A stretch of DNA of 62,653 nt, filler included, from Barthelona sp. PAP020 (lineage: Eukaryota): the NCBI GenBank assembly GCA_040182905.1. It is 14 parts of 14 records of this genome, joined end to end, with 100 filler letters (N's around TTAATTAATTAA, not from the genome) between each part and the next. Parts side by side here need not be neighbours in the genome. Positions count along the whole stretch, not along the records: positions 9,119 to 13,560 come from JARQWU010000670.1; positions 13,661 to 18,100 come from JARQWU010000671.1; positions 18,201 to 22,625 come from JARQWU010000672.1; 11 more parts are not named here. One strand, written 5' to 3'. Below are positions 9,611-19,797 of this stretch, piece after piece; the first letter of the stretch is position 1; every line of letters starts with the position of its first letter. The notes under the pieces are model-generated. The model was not told where the DNA came from. It made no database searches and saw only the letters and a list, made by a program, of their open reading frames with translations. A program made the position numbers and the translations under genes.

Positions 9611-11539
9611 ATCTTTACAATATCAAAATAGCCCTTAAAACAACTGATATGCAACGGTGAAACCCCGTTGATCTTGCGTTTGTTGACGTCAGCTCCCTTC
9701 TCCAAAAGCATTCTAACCACATCCTTATGCCCATTTTCACAGGAAACAAACAACGAAGAAGCACCAGTATTCTTACAAAAATTGATGTCAACCTCAAAAT
9801 CTAACAATATCTCAACAATATCACTGTGTCCACAAGAAGAAGCCTCCCAAAGAACGGTTTCACTCTCATTTCCAGTCTTTATCCATTGTTTAACAACTTC
9901 CAACTCTCCATCACGCACACTATGATATATCGTATCTGTATTGCAATATTCGGAAAAATTATCTGGAACAAGAACTTCAAACAATCTATGTTTCATATAA
10001 GAATCACAAATAGTGAACTCAAGTTTTTTCTTTTCTTCCTCGTTATTTTCATCCAAATTGTGTTTCTTAAAATAACTACAAACAAGCAGGGAAATACATT
10101 TTTTCAAGTCAGCAATCAACACATCGAGATATTTAACTATTTCTGAAAACATCGGTCTATTTTCGGGATCATGATTAAAACACTGAGATATAAAATTATA
10201 TCCAACGGCCAATTCTAATTCATCATGTTTAAAAGGCAATTCACCCTTATTTAACTTTAGAGGAATTCTATGATCAGGAATTCCTTCAAAAGGCTGAAAC
10301 TTTGTCATTACTTCAAAGTAAGTTGTTGCAAAAGCCCAACAATCAATACCAGGATGAGCAAAAATATCATTTTCTATCAATTCAGGAGGCATATAACAAA
10401 TCTTTCCTGTTTTAGATAACCTCCCATGTCTTTCAAAATAACGAATAAGCTCAAAATCGCACAGAGCAGTTGTTCCATCCTTTCTGATCAAAATGTTCTT
10501 TGGATTGACATCTCGATGAATTACACCTTTGCTATGACAAAACTCAAGTGCAGACGCCAGTTGGAACATACTGGTCAATCTCTCAACAACAGTCATTTCA
10601 CGCATTCTTTTACTCAGTGTGTATGGGCAATATTCCATCACAATGCCCCATTTAATTTGACCTGCGACTTCCTTAGATGTCATACCATAAACTTTACATA
10701 TAAATTGATGAGGAAATGTTAAAGCAATACATTCATCTTTTACATTTTTTTCAGTTGAATCACGGATATACTTAATAGCAACATCAGAGTGTTGATATTG
10801 ACCAAAATAAGCTGTGCCATAACTACCCGATCCTAATTCTCTTTCTTCATTTAGCAGTTCATAATCTATAAAAGGAACCTCAAACCCAGAACTGACGAGT
10901 TTGTGTTCAAATTCATTGATTTTATGTTGTACCTCTTCCATCTTATTCTTACGTTCTAAAGAATCCATTTCTTTCATTTGTAGATTTTGCTTTAAAAGCA
11001 CAATTTTTTCCATATTATCAGTATGTTCTTTTATTGGCTCAGAAATGTCATCATCAAGTGCTGAAATGGTGATTGGTTTTCTCTTTGAAACCTTGTTCAA
11101 ATTCTCACTTAAATCATCAAGACTGCTGTGCAAACAAATTAAACTCTCCAATTCTTCGCTTTTAAGCGCATTTGTGCAAAACAAATTGGAATATATTCGG
11201 TTCTTGATGAACTCTCTAGCTTTTTCACAAAATTCCAAAAAATGATCCAAATATTCTTGAATGTTATCATTTGCCCAACTTTGTGCCAATATTTCTTCAA
11301 AACTGCCCAAAAACCAAAGCATTCTAAAATATAAAATAAAAGCATCTTCTTGCACTTTTCCTATATTAACAAATCCATTTCTGAGCTCTTTTGCAATAGG
11401 CAAAATCGATAAATTATGTTCAGAAAGAGATATAAAGGTTAAATCAAAATCTACCTTTTCAATGAATTCTTTAAACTCACCAAGATCGTTAAAAGTATCT
11501 AAAAGTGAATTTTGATAGTCTTCTAGAGTATCAGACATA
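9119..11539 (-). CDS. Helical N-terminus + protein kinase + ankyrin-repeat array, 3'-truncated by the contig end
   Basis: Kinase motifs LGSGSYG, VAIK, HRDVNPKN, DFE (in place of DFG) and YMPPE, then at least 8 ankyrin repeats (SPLFVSCxxGHLDVAKMLL). Likely start MSDTLED at 11539. Confidence 0.92.
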
Positions 11540-11564
11540 AAGAATGATGAAAAAAAAAAATGTA

Positions 11565-11870
11565 AAGATTTTACAAACATTTTCAAAAAGAAGACATGTA
11601 TAACCCACATATAGGACAGTAATTAAGATACAAGCATTACTCGGAGAGTTCGACAAAAGTCAAAGAAACTCCAGATAAGACCTCAAACATAGAGATAACG
11701 TCAACAAGAACAATTCTTTACTACAAGAATACTGAATTTAATCCTTTAGGTCGCATTTTTTTTTTTTAGGTGAACATCCCAAAATCTTCGTCATCAAAAA
11801 ACTTCTAACTCTACCAAACCCAACGTAATGGGTTTACATAAAAATAAAAGTCTTTTAAATTTATGAAAAA
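11565..11870 (-). repeat. Repeat family C (about 305 bp), copy 1
   Basis: Colinear reverse complement of 62251-62560. Confidence 0.9.
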
Positions 11871-12171
11871 AAAGTGATATGGTGTAATATATTTGTTGTT
11901 TACAGACTTTTTGAATCATTAACAAATGTTCATTATTCTAAATGTAATTCTTCTTTGAGATAAACTTAAAAATTTGGTGTTCAATATGAAAAACGGACTA
12001 CGTCAATGAAAATGATATAATATGAAGTTTTTTTGAATTTAAAACGGACAAAGTCCGTTTTCTATTCTCACATTCATGCAAATGTGGATATTTGAATTTC
12101 GGAACCCAGAAAAATATCAAAATCTCCATTTGAAATACTTTTGTCCATTTATTCTTTGTTGACAGTTTGAT

Positions 12172-13392
12172 ATGTCTTCTGAATCAAGTGGTGAATGGGT
12201 AGGGAAAATTATTCGTGATATTCTTCCCCATAGAATTGATGAAAACAGTGTTAAGGAAATTCAAGGTGTGCTTTCCCATCATGTGTTTGGTTGTGAATAC
12301 TCGAAAGATAGTAAACATTTGGTGTTTGGTTGTATGAATTGGAGAGTTCATGTGTTTGATGCAGAAACTGGAAGACTGAATCGAACTTTGAAAGATCATG
12401 TGGGAGCTGTTTATGGTGTTGCGTTTTCACCAGATGGACAAAAGTTGGCCACATGTTCGTATGATAAGTCTGTTATTGTATATAGCGTTCGAGATTTTTC
12501 TATTTTGTGTAGATTAAATAACGAGACTTGTGTTTTTGGAGTTTGCTTTTCACCTTGTTCCAGTTTTGTATGTTTTGGAGATGAAGATGGAAAGATCAAA
12601 AAATTTGATATAAATGGTGAGAGCATTGTTTTGGAAGAAACAATTCATCCCACTTGGATTCTGAAGGTAAAACTTTCATCTGATGGTGAATATCTTTTGA
12701 CTTGTGCTGATGATGGTACTGCCAAGTTAGTTAATCCTGACAATTTCACTGTTATTCATACATTCAATCATGATGAACACATTGGAGATTTTGATTTTCA
12801 TCTGACCAAAAGAATGATTGCCATTGGTGATTCAGCATGCAAAGTCAAACTCTGGAACATGGATAATGGATTGCTCCTTCACACATTTGATTTGGGTGGC
12901 AAAGTACAGTCCCTTCATTTTTTAACCGCTGGCATATTGCTTTTAGTATCTAATGATGGCTATATGACGTCATACAATGTGAACTGCTTTCATGAGATTC
13001 AAAAAGTACATTGTGAAGGTAATGTCCATCACTTTTGCTTTGCTGTGTCTCCTGATAGAAAACAGCTATCATGTGGAAGATGTACCAATGATATCATGAA
13101 GATTTATTCAATAATACCTGAATATGACTCATTATATCAATCTGACCTTGTAGAATTATCAAAAGATGGTGGTCATGTGTTATCAAATCTTATTGCATTA
13201 CAGATGGATATGCAAATAATTCGACAATTAATAAGTGCAGGTATTTATATGAATAAAGATGAGTATAATATGCTTGTGAATAAATGTTGGGACTTGATGG
13301 ACATCAATGAAACCAATGGTGGTAATATGCGATCATTTTTGACTGAACATAATGACCTTTTTGATGATGATGATAGTGATGATGATGATTAG
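12172..13392 (+). CDS. WD40-repeat protein with a shared C-terminal domain and acidic tail
   Basis: WD40 repeats such as HVGAVYGVAFSPDGQKLATCSYDKSVIVY. The C-terminal 66 aa align without gaps to 61103-61300. Confidence 0.92.
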   Translation: MSSESSGEWVGKIIRDILPHRIDENSVKEIQGVLSHHVFGCEYSKDSKHLVFGCMNWRVHVFDAETGRLNRTLKDHVGAVYGVAFSPDGQKLATCSYDKSVIVYSVRDFSILCRLNNETCVFGVCFSPCSSFVCFGDEDGKIKKFDINGESIVLEETIHPTWILKVKLSSDGEYLLTCADDGTAKLVNPDNFTVIHTFNHDEHIGDFDFHLTKRMIAIGDSACKVKLWNMDNGLLLHTFDLGGKVQSLHFLTAGILLLVSNDGYMTSYNVNCFHEIQKVHCEGNVHHFCFAVSPDRKQLSCGRCTNDIMKIYSIIPEYDSLYQSDLVELSKDGGHVLSNLIALQMDMQIIRQLISAGIYMNKDEYNMLVNKCWDLMDINETNGGNMRSFLTEHNDLFDDDDSDDDD

Positions 13393-13470
13393 TTTTATTG
13401 TCAAATGGTCAATGCAGTATATCTTATGGATACCCTTCTTTTATGTTTATTCCATTATGACTTCACTCGA

Positions 13471-13560
13471 CAAAATAATAAACATTTAATAAAAGCTTTT
13501 ACTGTTCAAGGTTAGAGTTTGGGTTACTTGTCACTGGTCTGTTGTGCGTAGATTGGTTCA
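13471..13560 (+). repeat. Repeat family D, diverged copy at a contig end
   Basis: The core ggttagagtttggg..tacttg..actg...tgcgt is shared with 27063-27149 and 28170-28252. Confidence 0.7.
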
Positions 13561-13741
13561 NNNNNNNNNNNNNNNNNNNNNNNNNNNNNNNNNNNNNNNN
13601 NNNNTTAATTAATTAANNNNNNNNNNNNNNNNNNNNNNNNNNNNNNNNNNNNNNNNNNNNATGGCTATTTTCTCTGTTTATTGGGTGGAATTGATGTTTG
13701 TAACATTACACATTTAAATAAACTTCGATAATTTCTTTTCA

Positions 13742-14086
13742 TTTTCCTTCAGGTACGAATGTTTTCCTGAACTTACCCAAATCAGAGACAGACTCGGAAT
13801 CTCAGTTGACCAATAAATAATAAACCTTAATCTTTATTCTTTTCGGGGGCTCCAGCGTTCCTGAAAGGAACCTCTCTTTTTTGAGACCTACTCTTTCATA
13901 GGCTTTCGTAGGAGAGCTAAGCCCTATGCAGGGTGTGAAATATTGCATTACTAATTGCTCAAAAGAGCTTAACGCGCCGATATTTTGTAAGAATCTATCT
14001 TAATTGTGTAAGTTTTCATGCATTCACTGTGGCAGGTCAGAAATTTGAGGGTAGGTTAAGGAAAAATTCCGTACCTCGAGGGAAAA
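13742..14086. mobile_element. Non-coding element with imperfect inverted ends of about 40 bp (MITE-like)
   Basis: 13742-13782 (ttttccttcaggtacgaatgttttcctgaacttacccaaat) is an imperfect inverse of 14043-14086. The segment 13753-13849 is homologous to the reverse of 18411-18503. Confidence 0.55.
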
Positions 14087-14369
14087 AGGAAGAATCGGAA
14101 AATTTCGATTCGCCAAAAATTATTGGCTTGTGAACAATCATTTTATTTTTTTCAATAATTTGTTTTTAATTCAAACTTTTTACTTGTAAATGAATAATAT
14201 TGATATAATTATTCTATTTGTGCATCTTTTAATTGTCGACTTCAGATTTTCACAAAAATTTCATTACAAATCAACACCTTATATTAAAAATTCAAAAAAA
14301 ATAATTTGAATGTAAATTTATATTATATAAAATTAATTTATTCCAAAAAAAACCAACAAAATTAAAAAT

Positions 14370-16064
14370 TTAAAAATCATGCAGGCAAAATTCTAAAATT
14401 TCACTTCCTTTGGCATTTGACCCACTTAAAGAAATCTTTGAGTTATCGTGGTTCAATGACATCCCTGAAATATTAAAGGGAAGATAATTTGTGTGAATTT
14501 TAATTTTTTTTTTCCAGTTAATGACAAACACAGACCTTGCACTGTGACAATATATCATTGAATTATCTTGAGATACAATGATGCCCATAATTGCTTCATT
14601 AATAACATGGTACCTTTCCGTCATTTTTTTGGTGTTGAGATCAATGATCTTCAAATCACCACAACAATCCCCACAAATCCAGAAATTTCCGTTTGAAGAA
14701 AAACATCCGGCTGTAAAAGGAATCTCTGAAAACCAGACATGCTCTTGCTTACATTCGATTATATTGAACAATGGTGAGATTCCATCATAGCGAACACACG
14801 CAAAATATTTTGTGCTGTGTGGTCTTATCTGAATGATTGGAATAAAGCTGTAATCTTGGGGCAAAAATTCACACAAACAATTACAAGTTTGATCTTCAAA
14901 ACTAAATACACAAACATACCCATAATCCGTGCTTACACCCAACAAATTATTGTCAAAACTTATGGAAGTGATGTCTTTGAGTTTGATGTTTTGAATAAAT
15001 GTGCAAATTTCCCAACTCTTTGTCTTGAAAATAAGTATTGAATCCAAATTAGCGACAGCAAACAGTTCATTATTCGTGCTGAATTGCATACACACTCCAT
15101 TCAAATCAAAAATCTTCGATTCGAAAATGATTTCTCTTTCGTTATTGTAGATTTGGATTTGCTGGTCAAAGCTGTTAGCAACAGCAAAATACCTACCATC
15201 TGAACTATAATCAGTAGTTATTCCACATATTTGTGGAAAACAAATTTGAAAGACTGGATTTCTATTAAATTTCTTTGAATTTGGCTGCAGTGCTTCTTCA
15301 TCTTTCATAAATTGAACTTGCTTGACCATTTGAATTTTTTGAACTCTGAAATCAATATTTTCACTGATACACTTTAAATTCGCATGTATTTCAGAAAAAG
15401 AAGGTCTTTCATTAGGGTCATTCCTTTTACATTTATCCACCAGTGCCTTTAGTGGTCGAAATATGCTTTTCTCATTCAACTTTAACATTGGGTTTTGAAG
15501 ATTTAGCTCATCAAAGCCAAATAGTTCACAAATCAAAATGCCAAAAGCAAAAACATCTTTGGCTTTTGAATGGGTGAAATCATCTGAACTCAATGTACTA
15601 CCTTCTGTAATATTTGAATACAGTACATGGAAACCACCAACAAAAGGTACATAATTGTCTTTTTGATATTGTCTTAAAAATATCTTTTTAGCTACTAGAT
15701 TCCCATGAATAACGTCCCTTTGATGACAATATTCGAGAACAGATGAGATTTGAAACAATATGTTAACCTTTTGTTGTTCCGTCAGTTTTAGTCTCTTTTG
15801 AGCCAAGTCAAGCTCAAAATATCTGGTTATAATTCCATATTCCCCATTAATTTGAGTTATTCCCATAATTTGATTTAAAAATGGATGCTTTAAACATGTT
15901 ATCATGCATTTTTGTGTGAGCTCATCATTTCTTATCTGAGGATGAACTTTTATAAAATATTTGTTGTTTTCCTGAAGAGCAACATACGAATTTTTCCCCA
16001 TTAATGTTTCTATTTGCTGAAATTGGGTAATTGACCGCAAAAAGGAGTTTTCATTTGTATTCAT
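14370..16064 (-). CDS. Pseudokinase + WD40 protein, a divergent relative of 4768-6939
   Basis: Kinase-fold landmarks (LKHPF, DVFAFG, RPSFSEI) are present, but HRD is replaced by HGN, DFG by GGF, and there is no APE. The C-terminal propeller ends with similar LNHDNSKISLSG...EF. Confidence 0.85.
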   Translation of the reverse strand: MNTNENSFLRSITQFQQIETLMGKNSYVALQENNKYFIKVHPQIRNDELTQKCMITCLKHPFLNQIMGITQINGEYGIITRYFELDLAQKRLKLTEQQKVNILFQISSVLEYCHQRDVIHGNLVAKKIFLRQYQKDNYVPFVGGFHVLYSNITEGSTLSSDDFTHSKAKDVFAFGILICELFGFDELNLQNPMLKLNEKSIFRPLKALVDKCKRNDPNERPSFSEIHANLKCISENIDFRVQKIQMVKQVQFMKDEEALQPNSKKFNRNPVFQICFPQICGITTDYSSDGRYFAVANSFDQQIQIYNNEREIIFESKIFDLNGVCMQFSTNNELFAVANLDSILIFKTKSWEICTFIQNIKLKDITSISFDNNLLGVSTDYGYVCVFSFEDQTCNCLCEFLPQDYSFIPIIQIRPHSTKYFACVRYDGISPLFNIIECKQEHVWFSEIPFTAGCFSSNGNFWICGDCCGDLKIIDLNTKKMTERYHVINEAIMGIIVSQDNSMIYCHSARSVFVINWKKKIKIHTNYLPFNISGMSLNHDNSKISLSGSNAKGSEILEFCLHDF

Positions 16065-16401
16065 TAACTAAAAACTCATGAATTTAATAAATAAAAATAT
16101 GTAGCATATTTTGAAACCTTTATGAGCATTACTAATGAAATTGCATCGCCGTACTGTTAAAAACGAAAATGCAAAAGGTGCTTCCTTATCTAATTTTTGT
16201 TTGGTCATTGGGGTAAAAATTGGTTTTGTATGAATAATAAATGGCTTATCGTCTTAAACTGCATTATTTTTTTAAAAAAGAAGCCTTTAATTGTTTGAAC
16301 AATTCAAATTCAAATTACAAACAGCAAAAATAATATTCAGATAACTAAAACATTCGATTGTGCAAGGCACAAAAAAAAAAATCGAAAAAATAAAACCACA
16401 T

Positions 16402-17622
16402 TTATTTACTCATCAAATTGATGTTATCTTGAGAGAACATTTTAAAATATCTATCAGGAATGAATTTCAGTAATAAACAACAAGTGTTGTCCTCAAGTTG
16501 TTCATCATCTTTTGAAGATGCCTCTGGTTCTCTTTTTGATGAAACTTCCGTTATAATGGTGTTATTGTTAATATTTGTTTTGTTTCTTCTTATTAATTCA
16601 TTCTCTATTAAATGTTCATCCACTGCAAGGACATATCCTTGAATTGTGTCCAGTAGAACTTCAACGTGTTCATTTGAATTCCATAATGCAAACATCAGAT
16701 CACTAAAGGTTTCTTTCTGTTTTTTATTTAATTTACTGAAGATTTGTGTGAGTTTAATCAAAATAAATTCAAATTCTGAACTATCCAACTTTGAATCAAG
16801 TATAAGAGCATTTAAAGTGTCAGTTGCAAGCATTTTTAACTGAGTATCAAAATGGAATTGAAGGTTGATTACCACCATTAACATGTTCACGTTGAATGAA
16901 TTCAGGTACCTCATTCCTTTTAAGCACATTTTTTGAATGTCAACATGTTCAAAAATTAAAGCTTGATGAATAATATACACCAAAAGTTCATTATATCTGT
17001 TGTCAACAATCGACAATTTTAGAATCAAATTTAGCACCAATTCTCTCAATTCTTTTTTTGACTGCAAGCCTAAAACTACTGAAGTTCCAAAAGAACTCTC
17101 GAAAGAAAATTTATCTCTTCGGTCAATTTCTTGATTGTTATTTAACAAATCAATGAACAATAGTTTCTCCAAATAAACATCAAAATCCTTACATTTGACA
17201 ATATTTAAAAAAAAATTCAACAAAATAAAACACTTTCTCTCAGAATTCAATTCAACAATCGATAGAATATTGATGAGATGCTTGATATACTCATCTAAAA
17301 ACTCCTCTTTTTCATTAAATAAATAAGTTGAAATTTTAAATAAGTACTCAAACTGTTCAATAGAAGAAATATAGGGTTTGAGAAATAATCGGTCAAATAT
17401 GGATTTTATTATTATTTCTTGTCTTTTTTCTGTTAAATATGGTAACAATGGAATTATATCATAACATTTAATGGATAAATTTCCATCTTCAAAATATTTA
17501 ACCACATCATCAACAGTCTTTTCTTCAATTTCATTTCCACTCCATTTTAAATACTCTTTCCAAAATATTATGATTCCTTCAACAGGTAAACCTTCCAAAA
17601 GTTCATCACTTATCAAAACCAT
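16402..17622 (-). CDS. Hypothetical helical (HEAT/ARM-like) protein
   Basis: 406-aa ORF with a Leu-rich amphipathic pattern and no diagnostic motif. Confidence 0.7.
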   Translation of the reverse strand: MVLISDELLEGLPVEGIIIFWKEYLKWSGNEIEEKTVDDVVKYFEDGNLSIKCYDIIPLLPYLTEKRQEIIIKSIFDRLFLKPYISSIEQFEYLFKISTYLFNEKEEFLDEYIKHLINILSIVELNSERKCFILLNFFLNIVKCKDFDVYLEKLLFIDLLNNNQEIDRRDKFSFESSFGTSVVLGLQSKKELRELVLNLILKLSIVDNRYNELLVYIIHQALIFEHVDIQKMCLKGMRYLNSFNVNMLMVVINLQFHFDTQLKMLATDTLNALILDSKLDSSEFEFILIKLTQIFSKLNKKQKETFSDLMFALWNSNEHVEVLLDTIQGYVLAVDEHLIENELIRRNKTNINNNTIITEVSSKREPEASSKDDEQLEDNTCCLLLKFIPDRYFKMFSQDNINLMSK

Positions 17623-18200
17623 TTTTTTAACATTTTTACTTTTGCCTGCTTTTGACCATCAACATTTGTTTCAAGCCATTTTTTTTTCTCATGTGCAGAG
17701 GAACTTTTATGTGTTCTTTATTCGTAAAAATCGTTGGTTTAAAGGATTCTATAATCATTTGAATTCTTACAATTTGAATTTCTTCATTTACATAAAAATA
17801 TCATCAATTAAACAAATTTGCAATAAAATATTGCTTAATAAATCGTCCCTAATTCAAAAAAGAAAAAGAACATTTGAAAACTGTTTGAAATTCTTTTCAT
17901 AACAAGTTCAATATCTCAAAATTATTGTGTTCTTTTTTTGGTAATTAATAAAGAGTGTCGTTTTTATAAAGTGGAGTTGTTGTCTTTTTGAATTTTTTCT
18001 TTTTTTGAACGACGTCACCTTATCAAAAGAAAATGAATGAAGAAAACTACAGATTTTCTGTATGTCTATCTCAAATAGCAGGGAAAGATTTGGCAGTATG
18101 NNNNNNNNNNNNNNNNNNNNNNNNNNNNNNNNNNNNNNNNNNNNTTAATTAATTAANNNNNNNNNNNNNNNNNNNNNNNNNNNNNNNNNNNNNNNNNNNN

Positions 18201-18504
18201 CATGAAGTTGCCCACCCACAATGAGATTTTAAGGATCAATACTGAGGAATCCACGATCAGCATTCTTCTTTTGGTCTCCTAAAAATAAATTCCAGTGAAT
18301 AGCTAAACCCACTCTTCATAAGGATAAATATAATTATTGGACAACCCTTGTGCAATGTTTCTTTTCATTGCTGATACCACTCTGTAACAAGATACCCCTT
18401 CAACAAGGCACCCCCGAAAAGAATAAAGATTAAGGTTTATTATTTATTAATCAACTGAAATTCTTAGTCTCTGATTTGGGCAAGTTCTGGAAAAGGTTCG
18501 TACA
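18201..18504 (-). mobile_element. Putative LTR-retroelement 5' end: short LTR (18383-18504) plus primer-binding site (18369-18379)
   Basis: The minus strand reads TGTACG...AATAAA...TGTTACA-gag-TGGTATCAGCA. The LTR-like part has a homolog at 13753-13849. Confidence 0.5.
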
Positions 18505-18528
18505 AGAAAAAAAAACTATGAAAATCTT

Positions 18529-19734
18529 CTATTTGTATCTATTTATGTATTCTTTTCTAAATGGAGATCTTTTTGACAAACAAATTAATAAAGGAAACAA
18601 TGGTGTGATATAAGCTGGATGAGTAACAATCTTTTCCAAGGTATAATCTCTCTTTAAACGGACTAACGACTGTTTCCCAGAAACTTGAATAGATGTTGTG
18701 TATTCATTGACCAAATCCTCCAAAGGCATATTCAAATCAGCATCTTTATCAAACAATGCACAATAAGGAGATGTCCAATTGAGTTGAAAGAAGAACTCAA
18801 CTGATTCCGAATCATACATTTTCCCAGTATCCCAATCAGCAGGAGGACTATTGGGTCCAAATAAAGTTAAACCAATATCTTGAATTGTTGCTTTGTTGTG
18901 AACATTCTGAAGATAATCAGTTTGATTGTATTCAGGATACATGATTAAAATGGGGCTGAACATTTCCCCTTGGTCATCAAAGGTAATCTCATTAAATGGA
19001 AGTGTTCTTTGTCTTGGAATCAAAGGTCTTCCTAATTTAACTCCAATATCTTTCAACTTTTCTAATTTGGCTTTTTTGTCCAAAAGTAACTTATACTCTT
19101 CTTCTTCTTCTAATTTTTCCTTTTGAAGATGTTGTTTCAGCTCATCCAAATCCTTTTCAGTCTTTAAAAAAGAATAATCAGCAGGTGCAAGCCTCTTTGC
19201 CTCCGACAAAAATTCAGTGGCTTCCTGAACTCTTTCCAATTCAATCGCAGCTTTGGAAGCTCTGTGATAAGATTTAAAATGAGTAGGAATAATAGAAATA
19301 GCATTCAAAGCGTCCTGAAGAGAAGCGTTGTAGTGTTTTAACATTAATAAAGCCTGTGATCGATTTGAAAAAAGAATCCCAACTATATCAAAATCATCTT
19401 TTTCATCCAAATCATTCCGTAATTTTAATGCTGAAGTGTAAAAATGAATAGCAGCCTGTAATTGTTCTTTATTTTTGGATTTTTGAAAGGCTGCCATTGA
19501 ATCATTTCCATGTTCTTTGAAAGTTTCCATTCTTTCCAATACAGTATTTTCCATTTCTGCACTTTCTAATAATGATTTAACTAAAGGATGATCAGCACTT
19601 GCAAATAAAGGTAAATCTTCCAATTCAGGCACATTTTTCATCATTTCACGTCGTTTTTCTCTTTGTTCTTGTGTTTCATTTGAAAAATCAGGAATAATAT
19701 CAATTAATGCATCAATAGTATCAATATTAGCCAT
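18529..19734 (-). CDS. TTC4: TTC4/Cns1-like TPR Hsp70/Hsp90 co-chaperone
   Basis: N-terminal PLF motif, TPR repeats (FKEHGN, LFSNRSQA, KSYHRA) and the C-terminal motif PILIMYPEYNQTDY...PPADWD. Confidence 0.8.
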   Translation of the reverse strand: MANIDTIDALIDIIPDFSNETQEQREKRREMMKNVPELEDLPLFASADHPLVKSLLESAEMENTVLERMETFKEHGNDSMAAFQKSKNKEQLQAAIHFYTSALKLRNDLDEKDDFDIVGILFSNRSQALLMLKHYNASLQDALNAISIIPTHFKSYHRASKAAIELERVQEATEFLSEAKRLAPADYSFLKTEKDLDELKQHLQKEKLEEEEEYKLLLDKKAKLEKLKDIGVKLGRPLIPRQRTLPFNEITFDDQGEMFSPILIMYPEYNQTDYLQNVHNKATIQDIGLTLFGPNSPPADWDTGKMYDSESVEFFFQLNWTSPYCALFDKDADLNMPLEDLVNEYTTSIQVSGKQSLVRLKRDYTLEKIVTHPAYITPLFPLLICLSKRSPFRKEYINRYK

Positions 19735-19797
19735 TTAAAATAATAGATTAAAAAAGAAAAATAAATATAAAAACTAATTTTTACAAATTCTTCCGAT

